A DNA stretch of 63,466 nucleotides, filler included, from Reticulomyxa filosa (GCA_000512085.1; 20 parts of 20 records of this genome joined end to end with filler, not necessarily neighbours in it), one strand, 5' to 3'; numbered from the whole stretch's first letter, positions 52,078 through 63,466 are shown. Numbers and translations are program-made. Notes: generated by a model from the letters alone, not told the origin.

Positions 52078-53873
52078 NNNNNNNNNNNNNNNNNNNNNNN
52101 NNNNNNNNNNNNNNNNNNNNNTTAATTAATTAANNNNNNNNNNNNNNNNNNNNNNNNNNNNNNNNNNNNNNNNNNNNACAAATATGATGATTTTTGATGA
52201 AATTAAATGAAAATGCATTGGCGAGACGCCACCCTCGCTCTCTATCCTCTGCACCGCACTGGTGGGTAACAAGTTACACCGGGGAATAGTAACCAATAGC
52301 CCGACAAAACAGGACTACCAACTACTGTGGGTAAGTCCATATTATACAATCTCAAATACTAATGGAAGTGTGGGACCCCCCGGTGGATTAAAACCCTATT
52401 CACAACCCACTTTTATATTTTCTTTACTTGTCCTTTATTGTGTTGAGATTATTTTTGTTAATTTAATTTCCTTTTACTGAAGTTGCTTTTTGAAACTAAA
52501 TTCCTTTCGTATTACACTTAGTCGTCTCAATATTCCTACACTTGACATGTCCTTTACTTGGCGACTCTTATTCAGAGGCTATTTTCTTTTGTAAGTCTTA
52601 CACTTTCAAAAAAGGTACAAAAATATCTTTTTTTTACTGAGAATTAAGATCTTATCCTAGTTAAAGAGTACCTCTTCCCAAAAGAACACAGCACTATAAT
52701 AAAAAACAAAAATTTCTCAAAATCCCACAATAGACATAAAAGCAAAAAAACATATTTCAAATTTTGATTTGACTTCAAATATAAAAAAAACAAATAAAAT
52801 CTCAAGGTTGTAAGTCTAGATCAGTCAACAGTTGTGAAAACAATTTTGGCATTCAAAGTGGATCATCAGTAGGTATTACAGTATAGTTGATCAACTGAAT
52901 CATATGAGCTTGTTTTCGAATTGTTGAAGTATAGTAAAATATTAATATTTAATATACTTCTTTCAACAAATTAAAGAAAATTAAAAAAATTAAACACTTA
53001 TAATATCAAAAAATGTTTATGAAGTTATCATATTACTATAAAAAAAAATTTACTAGTAAAAATAATTTTTTTTTATACTTTTTTTGAATATTGTATTTTG
53101 TTCAGTTTCAGCTACGAACTTTGCAAACATGAAATTGTTGAAAATCTTTGAAGTGATTTTGCAAAATTCTTTCAGATATTGCTAGATGTTGCAGTACTAG
53201 CTGCTTCATTATCAATTACTTTAAAATATAAANNNNNNNNNNNNNNNNNNNNNNNNNNNNNNNNNNNNNNNNNNNNTTAATTAATTAANNNNNNNNNNNN
53301 NNNNNNNNNNNNNNNNNNNNNNNNNNNNNNNNTTCAATCACAATTATTTCTTCTCTTTCTTTTTATTATTGTTATAAAATTGCACCTCTATCATTGGTTT
53401 TCTTGTACGTACTCAATCATCATCACTAGGTCATTGAAGTTCGTCTTTTTTATTTGGAACGCTGCATTGGAACTTGCCTTTCTATGTACAAAATACCTAT
53501 GGCATGTGATATCTTAAACAACATTGTTCCGCATATTCATCTATATTTTGCATTTAAATCATAAAAACAAAAACAAATCATAAATAATAATAACAAGTAT
53601 ACATATGTATTTGTTGTTTATTATTACAAACAGATATAACACAAAGCAAATGACAATAATTTCATTAGTGCCTGCTGCCTCAATGATTTCAATGAAACGA
53701 ATTGAACAAATTTTGCGGCGTGAAACTAAATTTTTATCGACTTTGGAATGAAGCGAATAGTCTCGGAAGTCAGCTTTGTCATCTTGCCATGCGGTTTCTT
53801 TGACGATTGTAGCACAGACACCAAGTTTTCGACGATCTTGGATAGCAAGCGAAAAACTAGGTCCACATAAAAT

Positions 53874-54030
53874 TAAATAAGGAACTCCATTGACAAGCCA
53901 TCAGTTGAATGTGACTCAATCGGTCCAGCTTGACTGCAATCAACACGTCTTAAAAATTCCACGGTCCAATGAAATAAATAACTCAAGTCTTTCGACATGA
54001 TGTTTGCACCTGATCACCAATTTCAGGCAT
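53874..54030 (-). pseudogene. CAP-Gly domain relic
   Basis: Manual translation PEIGDQVQTSCRKT*VIYFIGPWNF*DVLIAVKLDR...DG/VNGVPY follows the CAP-Gly pattern GDRV...G.V.FIG...F...IGV.LD...DG.V.G..YF, with stops and frameshifts. Confidence 0.55.
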
Positions 54031-57000
54031 AATCAACAACGATTCTGTAACTTTTTTTTCGTCATTTGATTTGAACACCTTTCAGATTTCGACTTCGACT
54101 TGATGTGATTTTTTTCATTTTCGTATTTAGGCTCCTACAACATCTTTTCCTTGACTGTCGACATTAACAAACAGCCATATCATTCATGTGCATCCAGTAC
54201 TTTTCTACACGCAGTTGCCGTTTATTGGACTACAAGAACTCGCTGGATCCAAGCACTAAATATTTCAAGGTCGTTAACTGACCACTTAACAAATAAAATA
54301 TTCATAAGTCGTCTAATTGTCAAAACGACATCTCCTTTGCACAGTGCGCTCATGCGCATAAAATTTTTTTTTCATTTTTTCCAACTATTTTTTTTCTTTT
54401 TCCTTTTTTTTCCTTTTACTATTTTTTTTTTTTTCCTTTTTTTTTCCATCTTTTTTCTTTTTTTTTCTCTTTTGATTCTTTTTTTCTTTTTTTTTTACTT
54501 TTTTTTCAATAATCTTATTTTTTTCTTTTTCCCAACATTTTATTGATTTTTTAAATCTTTTTTTTATTTTTTAAACAAAATTTTCCCACTAATTTTTCCC
54601 ATCACCCCCTACATCTCAAATAGAAATAAAAAATAAATAAACAAAAAAACTTTCAAACACGCCATTGATCTTGTTTCCTACACACAAACACAAATTAAAT
54701 AATTTTTTTATTTTTGAAAGAAAAAATAAAAAAACTTACTTTTGCTTTGGAGCCAAAAGCCTAATTCCAACAATCTATTTTTTGTTCTTTGTTACGGGGA
54801 GGGGGACATATAGAATTTTTTTGTATGGGGGCATGCCTATTTACAACCACACAACATTTGATTAAAAAAAACACAAAAATAAAAAAAAATACATACTCTT
54901 TTATTTTTTTTTGAATGCGGGGTGGCTTCAACCCCGAAGTTTTTCTTTGTAGCATATACAGTTTTTTTTTTGACACAGGTTGAGGCTATTATTCAAAACA
55001 ACAAAGTTAACTACATAAAAAAAATATGATATAACAAACCTTTATTACTCCTTGCGGAGACGGGGGCCTTACCCCATATTCAATTTTTTTTTTTTGACAA
55101 ACGGGCTTCGGCTGCTATTGAAAAACAAAAGAATTTGTCCAAAAAAAAAAATGAATATATACAAATATGCAAACCTCTTTTTCNNNNNNNNNNNNNNNNN
55201 NNNNNNNNNNNNNNNNNNNNNNNNNNNTTAATTAATTAANNNNNNNNNNNNNNNNNNNNNNNNNNNNNNNNNNNNNNNNNNNNTGGAGTCATACTGACTC
55301 CATTATGACGTAAGTAGTCTCACTACACATGAAAGAATGCCAGGTTCAAACCTTCCAAATATTTTTGCATTTACTGAGCAAACATTTTTATAACTTCTGT
55401 GTCAGTGTTTATATTTTATCATCAATCAAAAGAAACACGGACACATGGATTCAAACCTAATCCAAATTGAAAATTGCAGCTAATAATAAAGACTCTTGTT
55501 TACATCAGCAATTTCATTCATATTCTCCAAAACTCACAACATTTAACACTGTGGATAGATCTCACTTATAAACGTGTAAAATTCAAAGATCGGGTCTGTT
55601 CCATCATTCTTCCAAAAAATATTTTTCCCGTCTCTCCAAAAATGGAACGAGTAGAAAACTTTGTTGAACTCTCCATCATCTTCAGGGGACAATCAGGATG
55701 GCTTATGTCAACAGTTTAAATTATGTATTAGCGAACCAATCAAAACTGCAAATTACATAATACATTTTTGACAAGAATTAGCGGATTTGAAAGGATATAA
55801 TTGTTGTCATTACAAAAGATTTCAAGTTTTGTCTTTTCACCAAATTATCATCGCAATGCATGAACAAAAAATTGGAGTAGCAAATATAGCAAATTTGTCA
55901 TCTTTTTATGTCTTTTTTTGAAAAAATTAAAACAATAGTACATTTTGACGTGGAAACCAAAGACATGACAAATCTTTGCATTGCAATCATTGCCAATCTA
56001 ACCAACTTTTTTTGTACAACAATTGTATAAGCTTAGAACAATTCTTTCAGGAATTTAACTCAGTTAAATATGTTCCTTACAAGTTTTGAAATTATCTTGT
56101 TTGTTATGCTACAACTTTGTCAATTGTTATAAAGGACTTACATTGTGTTATTATTCTGATTTGTAAAAAATGTTACTAACAAAATAGAAATCAATTATCT
56201 TTTAGAAAGACAAACGAATTTATAAAGAATAAAAATATTTTGAAAAATAAAAAAAATTGTAATGCATGTAAAATGAAAACAGTATATATTATTACTTATT
56301 TTCTGTAGCATGTCCATTAAAATAAATATATATTTGTATAAAAATATATTTATATGATGCCATTGACATATGCAACAATTAATGATATTTTCATTAAATA
56401 AACTAAATTTTGAAAAGTAATTATATGTCCTGGTACATGCACATACATCACACTTTTTATAAGAAAAGATTTTTAAAAGAATTTAAATCACAACGGTAAT
56501 ATTTAAATTATATTTTTCAAGCCCCAGTTTCGTCAAAGTTTGCAATTCGGAACACAAATACAAAGAAAATGTTTAAAACAACTTGCATTTGTTCATTTTG
56601 TTTTATGCCTAATTCGAGTCAAAAAAAATTTCAATAATATGTTATTTCTTTTTATAATTGAACAATTGAGCAATGTTGCTATAGTCCTGACACGGCAAAT
56701 TATGCACATCACTTCTCTCAAAGGGTGTGAAACTATCTCTGAGTAAATCTGCGGTCTCTTTGACAGCAACGCCAAACTTTCTTTCGATTACTATTTCGTG
56801 AGAAAAAATTTTGCCAAAACCAAAGAGAAATTATACTTGTTGTACTTTCAGAAACTCATCAACTTTTATGAAATATTGTTTGAATTTTTGCAATAACTCG
56901 CACAAATCTACCAAGATATATGAATCATATAAATTGACACCACAATCCGAGAAATGACATTACACTTAGTACCTGTCTCTAAAATCATATGCAAGCGAGA

Positions 57001-57147
57001 GTATTATGACAACAATTTCTACTTGTTATTTGGATAATAAACTTCACTAAATTTTCTCACAACTCTAGCGCTTTTAACACTAATGTGGATTGTAATTGTT
57101 AAAAGTATATACTTGTCACATTAACAAGTTTTTTGCGTTTATATTAA

Positions 57148-57444
57148 TTTTGGGGAGGCATCTTCATTATTCAAAAGTTGTTTTTCAAAGACAGCAACAA
57201 CAGCCGGTGGGAACTGAGTGAAGAAGTAAAAAGGAGTGCCAGCAAAGGTCTCATCGCTAAAGTCTTCAATGTACAAATCAATGTCAAAGCAGTTGACCAT
57301 AATGACGAGTTTGACTTGTATATTGAAGACTTTAGCGATGAGACCTTTGCTGGCACTCCTTTTTACTTCTTCACTCAGTTCCCGCCGGCTGTTGTTGCTG
57401 CCTTTGAAAAACAACTTTTGGGGAGACATCTTTCATTATTCAAA
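57148..57444. repeat. 110-bp inverted repeat (29-nt loop) flanked by ~28-bp direct repeats
   Basis: Arms 57172-57281 and 57311-57420 are reverse complements with 4 transition mismatches. ttttggggagRcatc(t)ttcattattcaaa occurs at 57148-57175 and 57416-57444. Confidence 0.95.
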
Positions 57445-58080
57445 GCATGGATTTTTTTGAAGATTGAAGAAATAAAGCATTTTGTAATTTGTTTTTTTCC
57501 AACTGCTGTAAATGACAAAAAGTTGACAAAAGAATTAAAACAGGCGAAATAAAAATGCCAAAAAAGGAGTGTGATGCATAAAAATGAAATTAGTATACAC
57601 GAGTTAAACATATTAGGCCGTAGTGTGGAATGTCTGCTGAAAAGAACTGCGCAAAATGTAATACGAAAGGTTGATTAGCTCTCCTGAGCAAACTTTCAAC
57701 AAATCGAAATTTGTTAAGTAACGAAAAAATAATGATCTAGAACAAACAAGCAAAAGTAAGAAAAACAAAAGGCTGAGGAGTGAGTGTAAACCAGAATAAA
57801 GGGAGTTCTGCGGTTCATTTGATTTCTGACAATGCTTAGTACTACAACAGATAAATCGAATGTATGTTTTACATTGCAGATGACCACTGACGGTACTTAA
57901 AGAAATTGCCTGTCACTGGATCCTAGTCTATCCTAATGGTTTCCTTAGCTCGTTGTCGAATATACAATACTAAGGATTTANNNNNNNNNNNNNNNNNNNN
58001 NNNNNNNNNNNNNNNNNNNNNNNNTTAATTAATTAANNNNNNNNNNNNNNNNNNNNNNNNNNNNNNNNNNNNNNNNNNNN

Positions 58081-58737
58081 ATCAGTGTGTCCATTTAATA
58101 TTTGTAATTGTTGATCATGTTTGAAAATCCCAAAAACGAATTGTTTCGTCATATGATGAAGAACAAATGACATTTTGATGATTATTATGATAATGATATG
58201 ATGAAAATTTCACACAATACACATCTGAATGTCCATAGAATGATTGAATTTGTTTGTTGTTATCAACATCCCATACACGAACTGTTTTATCGTCTGATCC
58301 AGAACAAATCAATTGACAATCATCAAATGTTGAATAATCAATACTACACACATTGTCTGTATGTCCAGTGAATGTATTGATTAATTTGGATGATGAATGA
58401 TATGTGTCAAATACAAAATAAGTAGTTGCCTGTGTTAACAACATTATAAAAAATAACAAATTTTTATTTCAATTAAATGAAAAACAAAACAAATAAAACT
58501 TAACATAATGTAAGACTAATTTATCGAAATCATGTATCCATCCAAATTTAATATGTAACGTTCTAATCCAATGATGGACAATGATTTGGATCTCATTTTC
58601 ATATGTCTAATCCAATCACAAGCCACGCACAATAAATACAATAAAAACTTAAAGACATCAATTTTTTAAAAATTTAGAATAAAACTTACCGATACTAGTT
58701 GAGTTAAACTTTGCTTATCATTGATAAGAGTTGTCAT
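58081..58737 (-). CDS. WD40-repeat protein of the expanded family, 5' part (3'-partial; 1-nt frameshift near 58125)
   Basis: MTTLINDKQSLTQLV|...ENEIQIIVHHWIRTLHIKFGWIHDFDKLVLHYV|ATTYFVFDTYHSSSKLINTFTGHTDNVCSIDYSTFDD...TVRVWD...TIRFWDF/KHDQQLQILNGHTD. It could be a pseudogene or a homopolymer error. Confidence 0.8.
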
Positions 58738-59207
58738 TTTGCTTGGATTGTCTTCGATGATGTAAAACTGAAAATGTTTAACTTTTTTTTCAAGTTCAAT
58801 GAAGGGACTTTAAATAGAATTCTGCAATTTCTGTGTTTTTTCTTAATGAAGGAAAAAAAAAGAAAATGAATTATAACTTTTTATAATTATATTAAAACAA
58901 TAAATTATTTTTTTTGAAAAGCAGCTAAAGCTACTAACTTTTTTTTTTTTTGCTTGTGATTTTTGTTATGCAACACCTTTGCATTTTTCTGTATCTTTGT
59001 CTTCTTTCCAGACAAAGTCTTATGCAATTTTGTGTGGGGATTTTTGAATGTCAGTATTGTATTTATAACGAGGATGGAAAGTTACTTTGCTTTCTTCTAC
59101 ATGCGTGATTTCTTACTTGCGCTTGAGAAGGAAAAAAAGTTAAAAATCTCTAATGTGCATTGATGTCATTTTTTCTTGTGAGGAAAAAGTAACATGCCCC
59201 CCAAATT

Positions 59208-59893
59208 TCATCTCAAAAAAAACATTTCTCGTCGAGTTTGTAAGAAAGAAGGAGGAGAGTGACGAAAATTGAATGTTTCAATTCTCGGACAAAAGTTTTC
59301 AAAGATCGGGAGCAGTACTCGTCGTAAAATTCCATAAAAACGATCGTCCACTGCGACTGCTTCGGTGATCTCAATCACAAGCTTTTTGCGTATCTCCGTG
59401 TTGTATGCGTTCGTACTGTTCATTGACTTTGTCTTGTGATTTTATTATCGTTATCATCGTTATTTTACTTTCGTCCTCGCATTCACACTAGTGTCTTTAT
59501 TTGTCGTTACCATTAATCACTCCTTCTCGTTGTCGTTCTCGAGCGGCGTTTTTTCCTCATTGTTTCCTTGGTTTACAGATCAACCTAGTCACAAACAATG
59601 CGTCCTCGTCGTATGTCATTTGCGCTCAAGATTGATAGATTACATACATATATGTACGTATATGTATATATACCTTTGGAGATTCCATCGTTCGACTTGC
59701 ATTTAATACCTGCGTTACAACCAAACCAGTCGTATTGATTTCCCTTTTTTAATGTAACGCTTATTTGTTTATTGTCTTTTTTTGAGAAAAAGATAGAGTG
59801 TATGTAATTGTTTGTTTTGATATTCCAATCCGTGATTGCTTGCACACGATCTATTTCGATAATTGATGATGTCCCAGTCGATGCAATTGCCAT
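59208..59893 (-). CDS. Hypothetical protein fragments (possibly pseudogene)
   Basis: Two protein-like minus-strand ORFs (59585-59893 and 59208-59423) separated by intron-like (TA/CA) sequence; no domain recognised. Confidence 0.25.
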
Positions 59894-60568
59894 GTTTTCG
59901 ATTTTTTTATCATGTCCAAAATTATTGTCCTGCTTTGGGACTAGGTATCTTTTTTCAAACTATCCTTTTCCAATTTGATTGGATGTTTGCAAGTTGTTAG
60001 TGTGGGCGGTCGAAAACGCATAGAACGTTATTTGCTCCTCCAAGATATGATATATGACAACAACAAATGTTTGAAGGATGCAGAAAAGGAAAAGAAAATT
60101 TATTTGTTTCTAGTAAATACTGATATGTGAGTTTTGTATACATTGTTTTTGAGAAAAGGGTGTTGTCATTCTGTCCGACTGTTACTGGCTATTTGCAGTT
60201 CTCCTTCATTAAAATTGTAAACAAAAATTTCATTTGATATTGTTAAAAAAAATAGTTTATTGTATTTTCAGCTATTTTGCTACTATCACAAAACTATAAA
60301 TGCGTTGGTTGTCTTATAGAATAATTTGTCTTGTCCAATTATTCAAAATCCACTTTTTCATTTCATAAGAAAATATATGTTGTTGAGTCATTAAGTTTTT
60401 TTTGACAACGCCACTGATTTTAGATAAAAAAGTTCAAACATTTTTTCATCTTTATCACATTAAACTAATGAGATGCGTCTCCTCAATTAAATAATTTTTT
60501 ATTTGTAATTGAGGATAATGTTTAACAAGAATACTTAAGATGAATTTTATTTACACAAATAAAAAAAA

Positions 60569-63466
60569 TCAAAATTTGCCACCACGTTGTCTTACAAGCA
60601 ATTTTTGTTCATCTTCCAAGCCATTTGTGTTCTTCCAGATGCTATCTTTCATTGATAGACCACTTTGAATACCTGCTTTCCAAATATAACTCACCACACT
60701 AGTCTCAGTTACATCAGCAATTTTACCATTATCAATACCCCATAGTCGAATTGTTTTATCATAAGAACCCGATACTAGTTTTGTACCATCATGTGATAAG
60801 TGAATAGCATTAATACGCCCATTATGTCCTTCTAATACTTGAATTTGTTTTCCTGAAGACACGTCCCATATTCGAATAGTTTTATCTTCTGAATAAGAAA
60901 TAAGTTTAGAACCATCTGATGAAAATTTTATTCCCCATATGACATTGGAATGCCCATTTAATATTTGAATTTGTTTTCCAGTCAATATATTCCACAATCG
61001 AACTGTCTTATCATATGAACAAGATGCAATTGTAGTACCATCCGAAGAAAGTTGTATTTCATTGGCACGTTTTTCATGTCCTTCCAATAATAAAATTTGA
61101 TTCCCTGATGATATGTCCCATACCCGAATTGTTTTGTCCCATGAATATGATACAAATTTAGAACCATCTGGTGAAAGCTGTATCCCATCTACATACTGCG
61201 TATGTCCTTGAAATATCTTGATTTGTGTTCTAAATAACGTATCCCATAATCTGATTGTTTTATCCCATGAGCAAGATAAAATTTTATATCCATCTGGCAG
61301 AAATTGTGCGTCAGTTACAATATTAGAATGCCCATTCAATAATATAATTTGTCTTCCTGATGATATATCCCATATTCGAATTGTTTTATCAAATGAATAC
61401 GACATAAGTTTGAAACCGTCTGGTGAAAATTGAACTTTTTTTATTGGGCCTAAATGTCCTTCCAATAATTGAAATTGTTTTCCTGATAATATATCCCATA
61501 TTCTGATTGTTTTATCATATGAGTATGATACAATTTTAGAACCATCTGGCGAAAATAGTACTCCAATTACACGATCGAAATGACCTTCAAATACATGAAT
61601 TTGTTTTCCTGATTGTACATCCCACAATCGTACAGTTTTGTCTGCAGAACCTGATACAATTTTAGAACCATCAAGAGAAAATTCTATTGTTGTTATAACA
61701 TCTACATGTGCTTCTGTTAACTGGATTTTTCTTTCCAAAGATATATCCCATATTCGAATAGTGCTATCATCTGAACATGACACAATCTTGGAGTCCCTTG
61801 GAAAAAATTCCACATTGGTTATATTACCTGAGTGTCCTTCCAATACTTGAATTTGTTTTCCAGATGATACATCCCATACTCTAATTGTACCATCACCTGA
61901 ACCAGATACAATTCTAGAACCATCAAATGAAAATTTTACTGTTTTCAAAGCACTTGAATGCCCTTCTAGAACTTGCAGTTGTTTTCCAGACAACAAATCC
62001 CATATTCGAATTGTTTTATCCCATGAATATGATAAGAATTTTGTACCGTCTGGTGATAATTGAATTCCATATATATTATCGGTATGTCCTTCCAATAATT
62101 GGATTTGTTGACCTGATAATGCATCCCATATTCGAATAGTTTTATCCTTTGAGTATGATATAACCTTTGATCCATTGGATATGAATTGCACTCCATTTAT
62201 CTTATCTTCATGCTCTTCTAATAATAAAAGTTGTGTTCCAGAAGATGCATCCCATACAATGCATTCATCTTCTGAACATGAAACAATTTTAGAATCATCT
62301 GGTGAAAATTTCACAGTTATCACCAAATTCGAATGCTCACTTAATAATTGAATTTGTTTTCCAGAAGATGCATCCCATATTTGAATATTGTTCCATGAAC
62401 AAGATGCAACCTTAGAATTGTCTGATGAAAATTCTACTAAATTCACATTTTCTTCCAACAGTTGAATTTGTTGACCTAATGACACATCCCATATTCGAAT
62501 AGTTTCATCCAGCGAACATGATACAATTTTAGAACCATCGTGTGAAAACTGAACTGCACTTACTATATCTAAATGCCCTTCTAATACGCAAAGTTGTTTC
62601 CTTGAGGATGTATCCCATATTCGAATTGTTTTATCATTTGAATAAGATACTATTTTTGTCCCGTCTGGTGAAAATTGAATGCCATTTACTTTATCTGAAT
62701 GTCCTTCTAAATATGCATATTCTCCAAAGTAAATGTCATTCATTGATGCGTTTGTGAAATTGACCTTGGTTAAGCAGGTTTGATAAAACCGCACATGATC
62801 TAAATTTGCATTACTAAGATCAGTTCCTTCAAGAAATGCACGATCTAAAATTGCGTAAGGAATTTTTATATTGCTCCAATTTTGATAGTCCATATCAACA
62901 TTAGCCGAGTTGAGTATAGTAATTGCATTTGCTGCTGCAATACTAACATTTTCATTATTTTTTGATGATTCAATGATCCGAAACAACCTTGATTTTAAGT
63001 TTACAAATATTGGATTATTATCATGAATTCTCTCTGCAATAAATTGAATAATCCCCAATTCTTCATTTAATAATTTGTGATTGATAGACAACTGGTGAAC
63101 ATGTGTTTCAAATTGTTGTTGAAACTGTTGATTATTAACAGTAATAATACTGGGTTTCCATGAAAGAATGTCTAATATAATTTTTTGTGCCGCAAAATAT
63201 TCTTGACATGACTTATGTAAAAATTGATATTTATTATCACCAACTCTTCTCAATACATATTTTGCAACATTGTCACCATTGAAATATTTTTCCCAAATAT
63301 CTGGTGTGTTTGAAATGGGAGTATCACTTATTGTTTTTAACTCATCCATATTACTTTCATTGTCATTTTCAATTTCTGGATCTAATTTACTCCAAATTTC
63401 ATCATTATCATTATTTTCATATTGAGGTTCTGGTTCAACAGCAATTTGACTTCCTTGATCAAACAT
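60569..63466 (-). CDS. NACHT/STAND-type pentapeptide-repeat + WD40 protein, C-terminal part (runs off the window)
   Basis: Winged-helix motif YQFLHKSCQEYFAAQKI; AAANAITILN followed by pentapeptide repeats (TDLSNANLDHVRFYQTCLTKVNFTNASM); 16 WD40 repeats of about 42 aa; tail GLEDEQKLLVRQRGG. The P-loop would lie upstream, outside the window. Confidence 0.88.
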   Translation of the reverse strand: MFDQGSQIAVEPEPQYENNDNDEIWSKLDPEIENDNESNMDELKTISDTPISNTPDIWEKYFNGDNVAKYVLRRVGDNKYQFLHKSCQEYFAAQKIILDILSWKPSIITVNNQQFQQQFETHVHQLSINHKLLNEELGIIQFIAERIHDNNPIFVNLKSRLFRIIESSKNNENVSIAAANAITILNSANVDMDYQNWSNIKIPYAILDRAFLEGTDLSNANLDHVRFYQTCLTKVNFTNASMNDIYFGEYAYLEGHSDKVNGIQFSPDGTKIVSYSNDKTIRIWDTSSRKQLCVLEGHLDIVSAVQFSHDGSKIVSCSLDETIRIWDVSLGQQIQLLEENVNLVEFSSDNSKVASCSWNNIQIWDASSGKQIQLLSEHSNLVITVKFSPDDSKIVSCSEDECIVWDASSGTQLLLLEEHEDKINGVQFISNGSKVISYSKDKTIRIWDALSGQQIQLLEGHTDNIYGIQLSPDGTKFLSYSWDKTIRIWDLLSGKQLQVLEGHSSALKTVKFSFDGSRIVSGSGDGTIRVWDVSSGKQIQVLEGHSGNITNVEFFPRDSKIVSCSDDSTIRIWDISLERKIQLTEAHVDVITTIEFSLDGSKIVSGSADKTVRLWDVQSGKQIHVFEGHFDRVIGVLFSPDGSKIVSYSYDKTIRIWDILSGKQFQLLEGHLGPIKKVQFSPDGFKLMSYSFDKTIRIWDISSGRQIILLNGHSNIVTDAQFLPDGYKILSCSWDKTIRLWDTLFRTQIKIFQGHTQYVDGIQLSPDGSKFVSYSWDKTIRVWDISSGNQILLLEGHEKRANEIQLSSDGTTIASCSYDKTVRLWNILTGKQIQILNGHSNVIWGIKFSSDGSKLISYSEDKTIRIWDVSSGKQIQVLEGHNGRINAIHLSHDGTKLVSGSYDKTIRLWGIDNGKIADVTETSVVSYIWKAGIQSGLSMKDSIWKNTNGLEDEQKLLVRQRGGKF

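Noticed and set aside
57139-57552. Pair of near-identical ORFs on opposite strands as duplicated genes or a toxin-antitoxin pair
   Set aside because: They are the automatic consequence of the DNA palindrome; no independent evidence of translation.
1224-58080. Regularly recurring TTAATTAATTAA within N runs as a repeat array or CRISPR-like system
   Set aside because: It is an identical 100-nt synthetic joiner with six-frame stops. The ORFs ending in X…LIN are artefacts of it.
1-63466. Treating PARP, U-box, NLR-like and WD40 genes as one defence island
   Set aside because: Most lie on different contigs joined artificially. Only the PARP and the RING-WD40 pair share a contig.

Overview
This is not one locus. 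It is a concatenation of 20 short eukaryotic contigs joined by 19 identical artificial 100-nt spacers (44 N + TTAATTAATTAA + 44 N), so neighbourhood arguments only hold within a contig. The DNA is very AT-rich with many short spliceosomal introns full of poly-T, poly-A and (TA)n. Together with the expanded WD40 family, this strongly resembles the foraminiferan Reticulomyxa filosa (Rhizaria); that assignment is pattern recognition, not a search. Recognisable genes, mostly partial and multi-exon: tandem-WWE mono-ART-type PARP, TRAF7-like RING/zinc-finger/coiled-coil/WD40 protein with a decayed tandem copy, YUCCA-like flavin monooxygenase, SAM-like/U-box protein, CLC channel, acyl-CoA dehydrogenase, DDX6/Dhh1, HIBCH-like hydrolase, an androglobin-like protein apparently lacking its globin, DUF962/Mpo1-like protein, PARL-like rhomboid, MROH1-like HEAT protein, and the C-terminal part of a NACHT/STAND-type pentapeptide-WD40 (NLR-like) protein. 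There are also LINE relics and several pseudogenes. The most unusual non-genic signals are three unrelated long palindromes, above all a 110-bp-arm hairpin at 57172-57420 bracketed by ~28-bp direct repeats. Exon boundaries were inferred by eye and are approximate. No rRNA, tRNA or CRISPR array was seen.
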